A DNA stretch of 14,727 nucleotides from Armatimonadia bacterium (lineage in GTDB: Bacteria > Armatimonadota > Zipacnadia > Zipacnadales > UBA11051): contig JBDKRC010000170.1 in assembly GCA_039683575.1 (NCBI GenBank), positions 1-14,727 of the forward strand, in the 5' to 3' direction. Positions 14,372 to 14,727 of the stretch are shown one piece after another. The position numbers and the translations under genes are program-made. The stretch's first letter is position 1, and each line of letters begins with the position of its first letter. Below the pieces are notes generated by a model. The model saw only the letters and a program-made list of their open reading frames with translations, searched no databases and had not been told where the DNA came from.

Positions 14372-14727
14372 TAGGGCGTAGCGACGTCCGCGTCGCAGGG
14401 GGCTCCGTACCCCGCCGCTCGGGTCGGTCGCAGATAATGGCCGACTGTAGGGCGGGGGCTTGTACCCCGCCGCTCGGGTGGTCGCAGATAATGGCCGGCT
14501 GTAGGGCGGGGGCTTGTACCCCGCCGCTCGGGAAGGTCGCTGATTGGCCGTCTCCGCTGTAGGGCGGGGGCTCCATACCCCGCCGCTCGGGCCGATTGGG
14601 CGGTCGCAGATAATGGCCGGCTGTAGGGCGGGGGCTTGTACCCCGCCGCTCGGGAAGGTCGCTGATTGGCCGTCTGGTAGTACTTGAACTTACCATCCTT
14701 GATCTGGATGACGACGGCGCTCTTGAT
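14350..14727 (-). CDS. 3' end of the LivJ/LivK-type substrate-binding protein (partial), reading through the REP array to TGA at 14350-14352
   Basis: Hand translation from the right edge: IKSAVVIQIKDGKFKYYQTAN, resembling the terminal strands of Liv binding proteins, directly upstream of livH. The frame stays open for 125 codons, ending ...DVATPYSLIPDP*. Confidence 0.75.
   Translation of the reverse strand: MKSAVVIQIKDGKFKYYQTANQRPSRAAGYKPPPYSRPLSATAQSARAAGYGAPALQRRRPISDLPERRGTSPRPTAGHYLRPPERRGTSPRPTVGHYLRPTRAAGYGAPCDADVATPYSLIPDP
14369..14675 (+). repeat. Tandem direct array of five family-A REP units with two related linker types
   Basis: CTGTAGGGCGGGGGCT(T/CC)(G/A)TACCCCGCCGCTCGGG with GTAG at 14371, 14447, 14501, 14559 and 14623; linkers GGTCGCAGATAATGGCCG (x3) and AAGGTCGCTGATTGGCCGTCT (x2). 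Confidence 0.95.

Noticed and set aside
14369..14675. CRISPR array
   Set aside because: Linkers are repeated and mutually related, lengths vary, the unit has GTAG-hairpin REP form and occurs as an inverted pair at 2620-2710, it lies inside a liv operon, and there are no cas genes or AT-rich leader in the window.
14347..14696. ORFs 14364..14696 (-) and 14347..14562 (+)
   Set aside because: Translations of the repeat array with no RBS; the first starts out of frame inside the binding-protein coding end.

Overview
GC-rich bacterial chromosomal window with no RNA genes, transposase, cas or phage genes. Left to right: a secreted choice-of-anchor-C/DUF642-like protein running off the left edge (missing from the ORF track); a fused two-domain amidohydrolase; a fused MalF/MalG-type sugar ABC permease; GlsB/YeaQ and SdpI-family membrane proteins; a 1097-aa secreted LamG plus glycoside-hydrolase-like protein; a small secreted hypothetical protein; a flavin reductase; and a translationally coupled livHMGF operon preceded by the 3' end of its substrate-binding gene. 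The most unusual feature is non-coding. Most intergenic spaces hold a palindromic REP-like or short-repeat element from one of several distinct families, and in three places these overlap reading frames. (i) A five-unit tandem REP array with no minus-strand stop extends the Liv binding protein by about 104 aa. (ii) A REP-like hairpin sits in frame inside the amidohydrolase. (iii) A CATCC-periodic element overlaps the stop codons of two consecutive genes. Family assignments come from motif recognition by eye, not database searches. I found no clearly novel multi-gene system; repeat invasion of coding sequence is the best lead.
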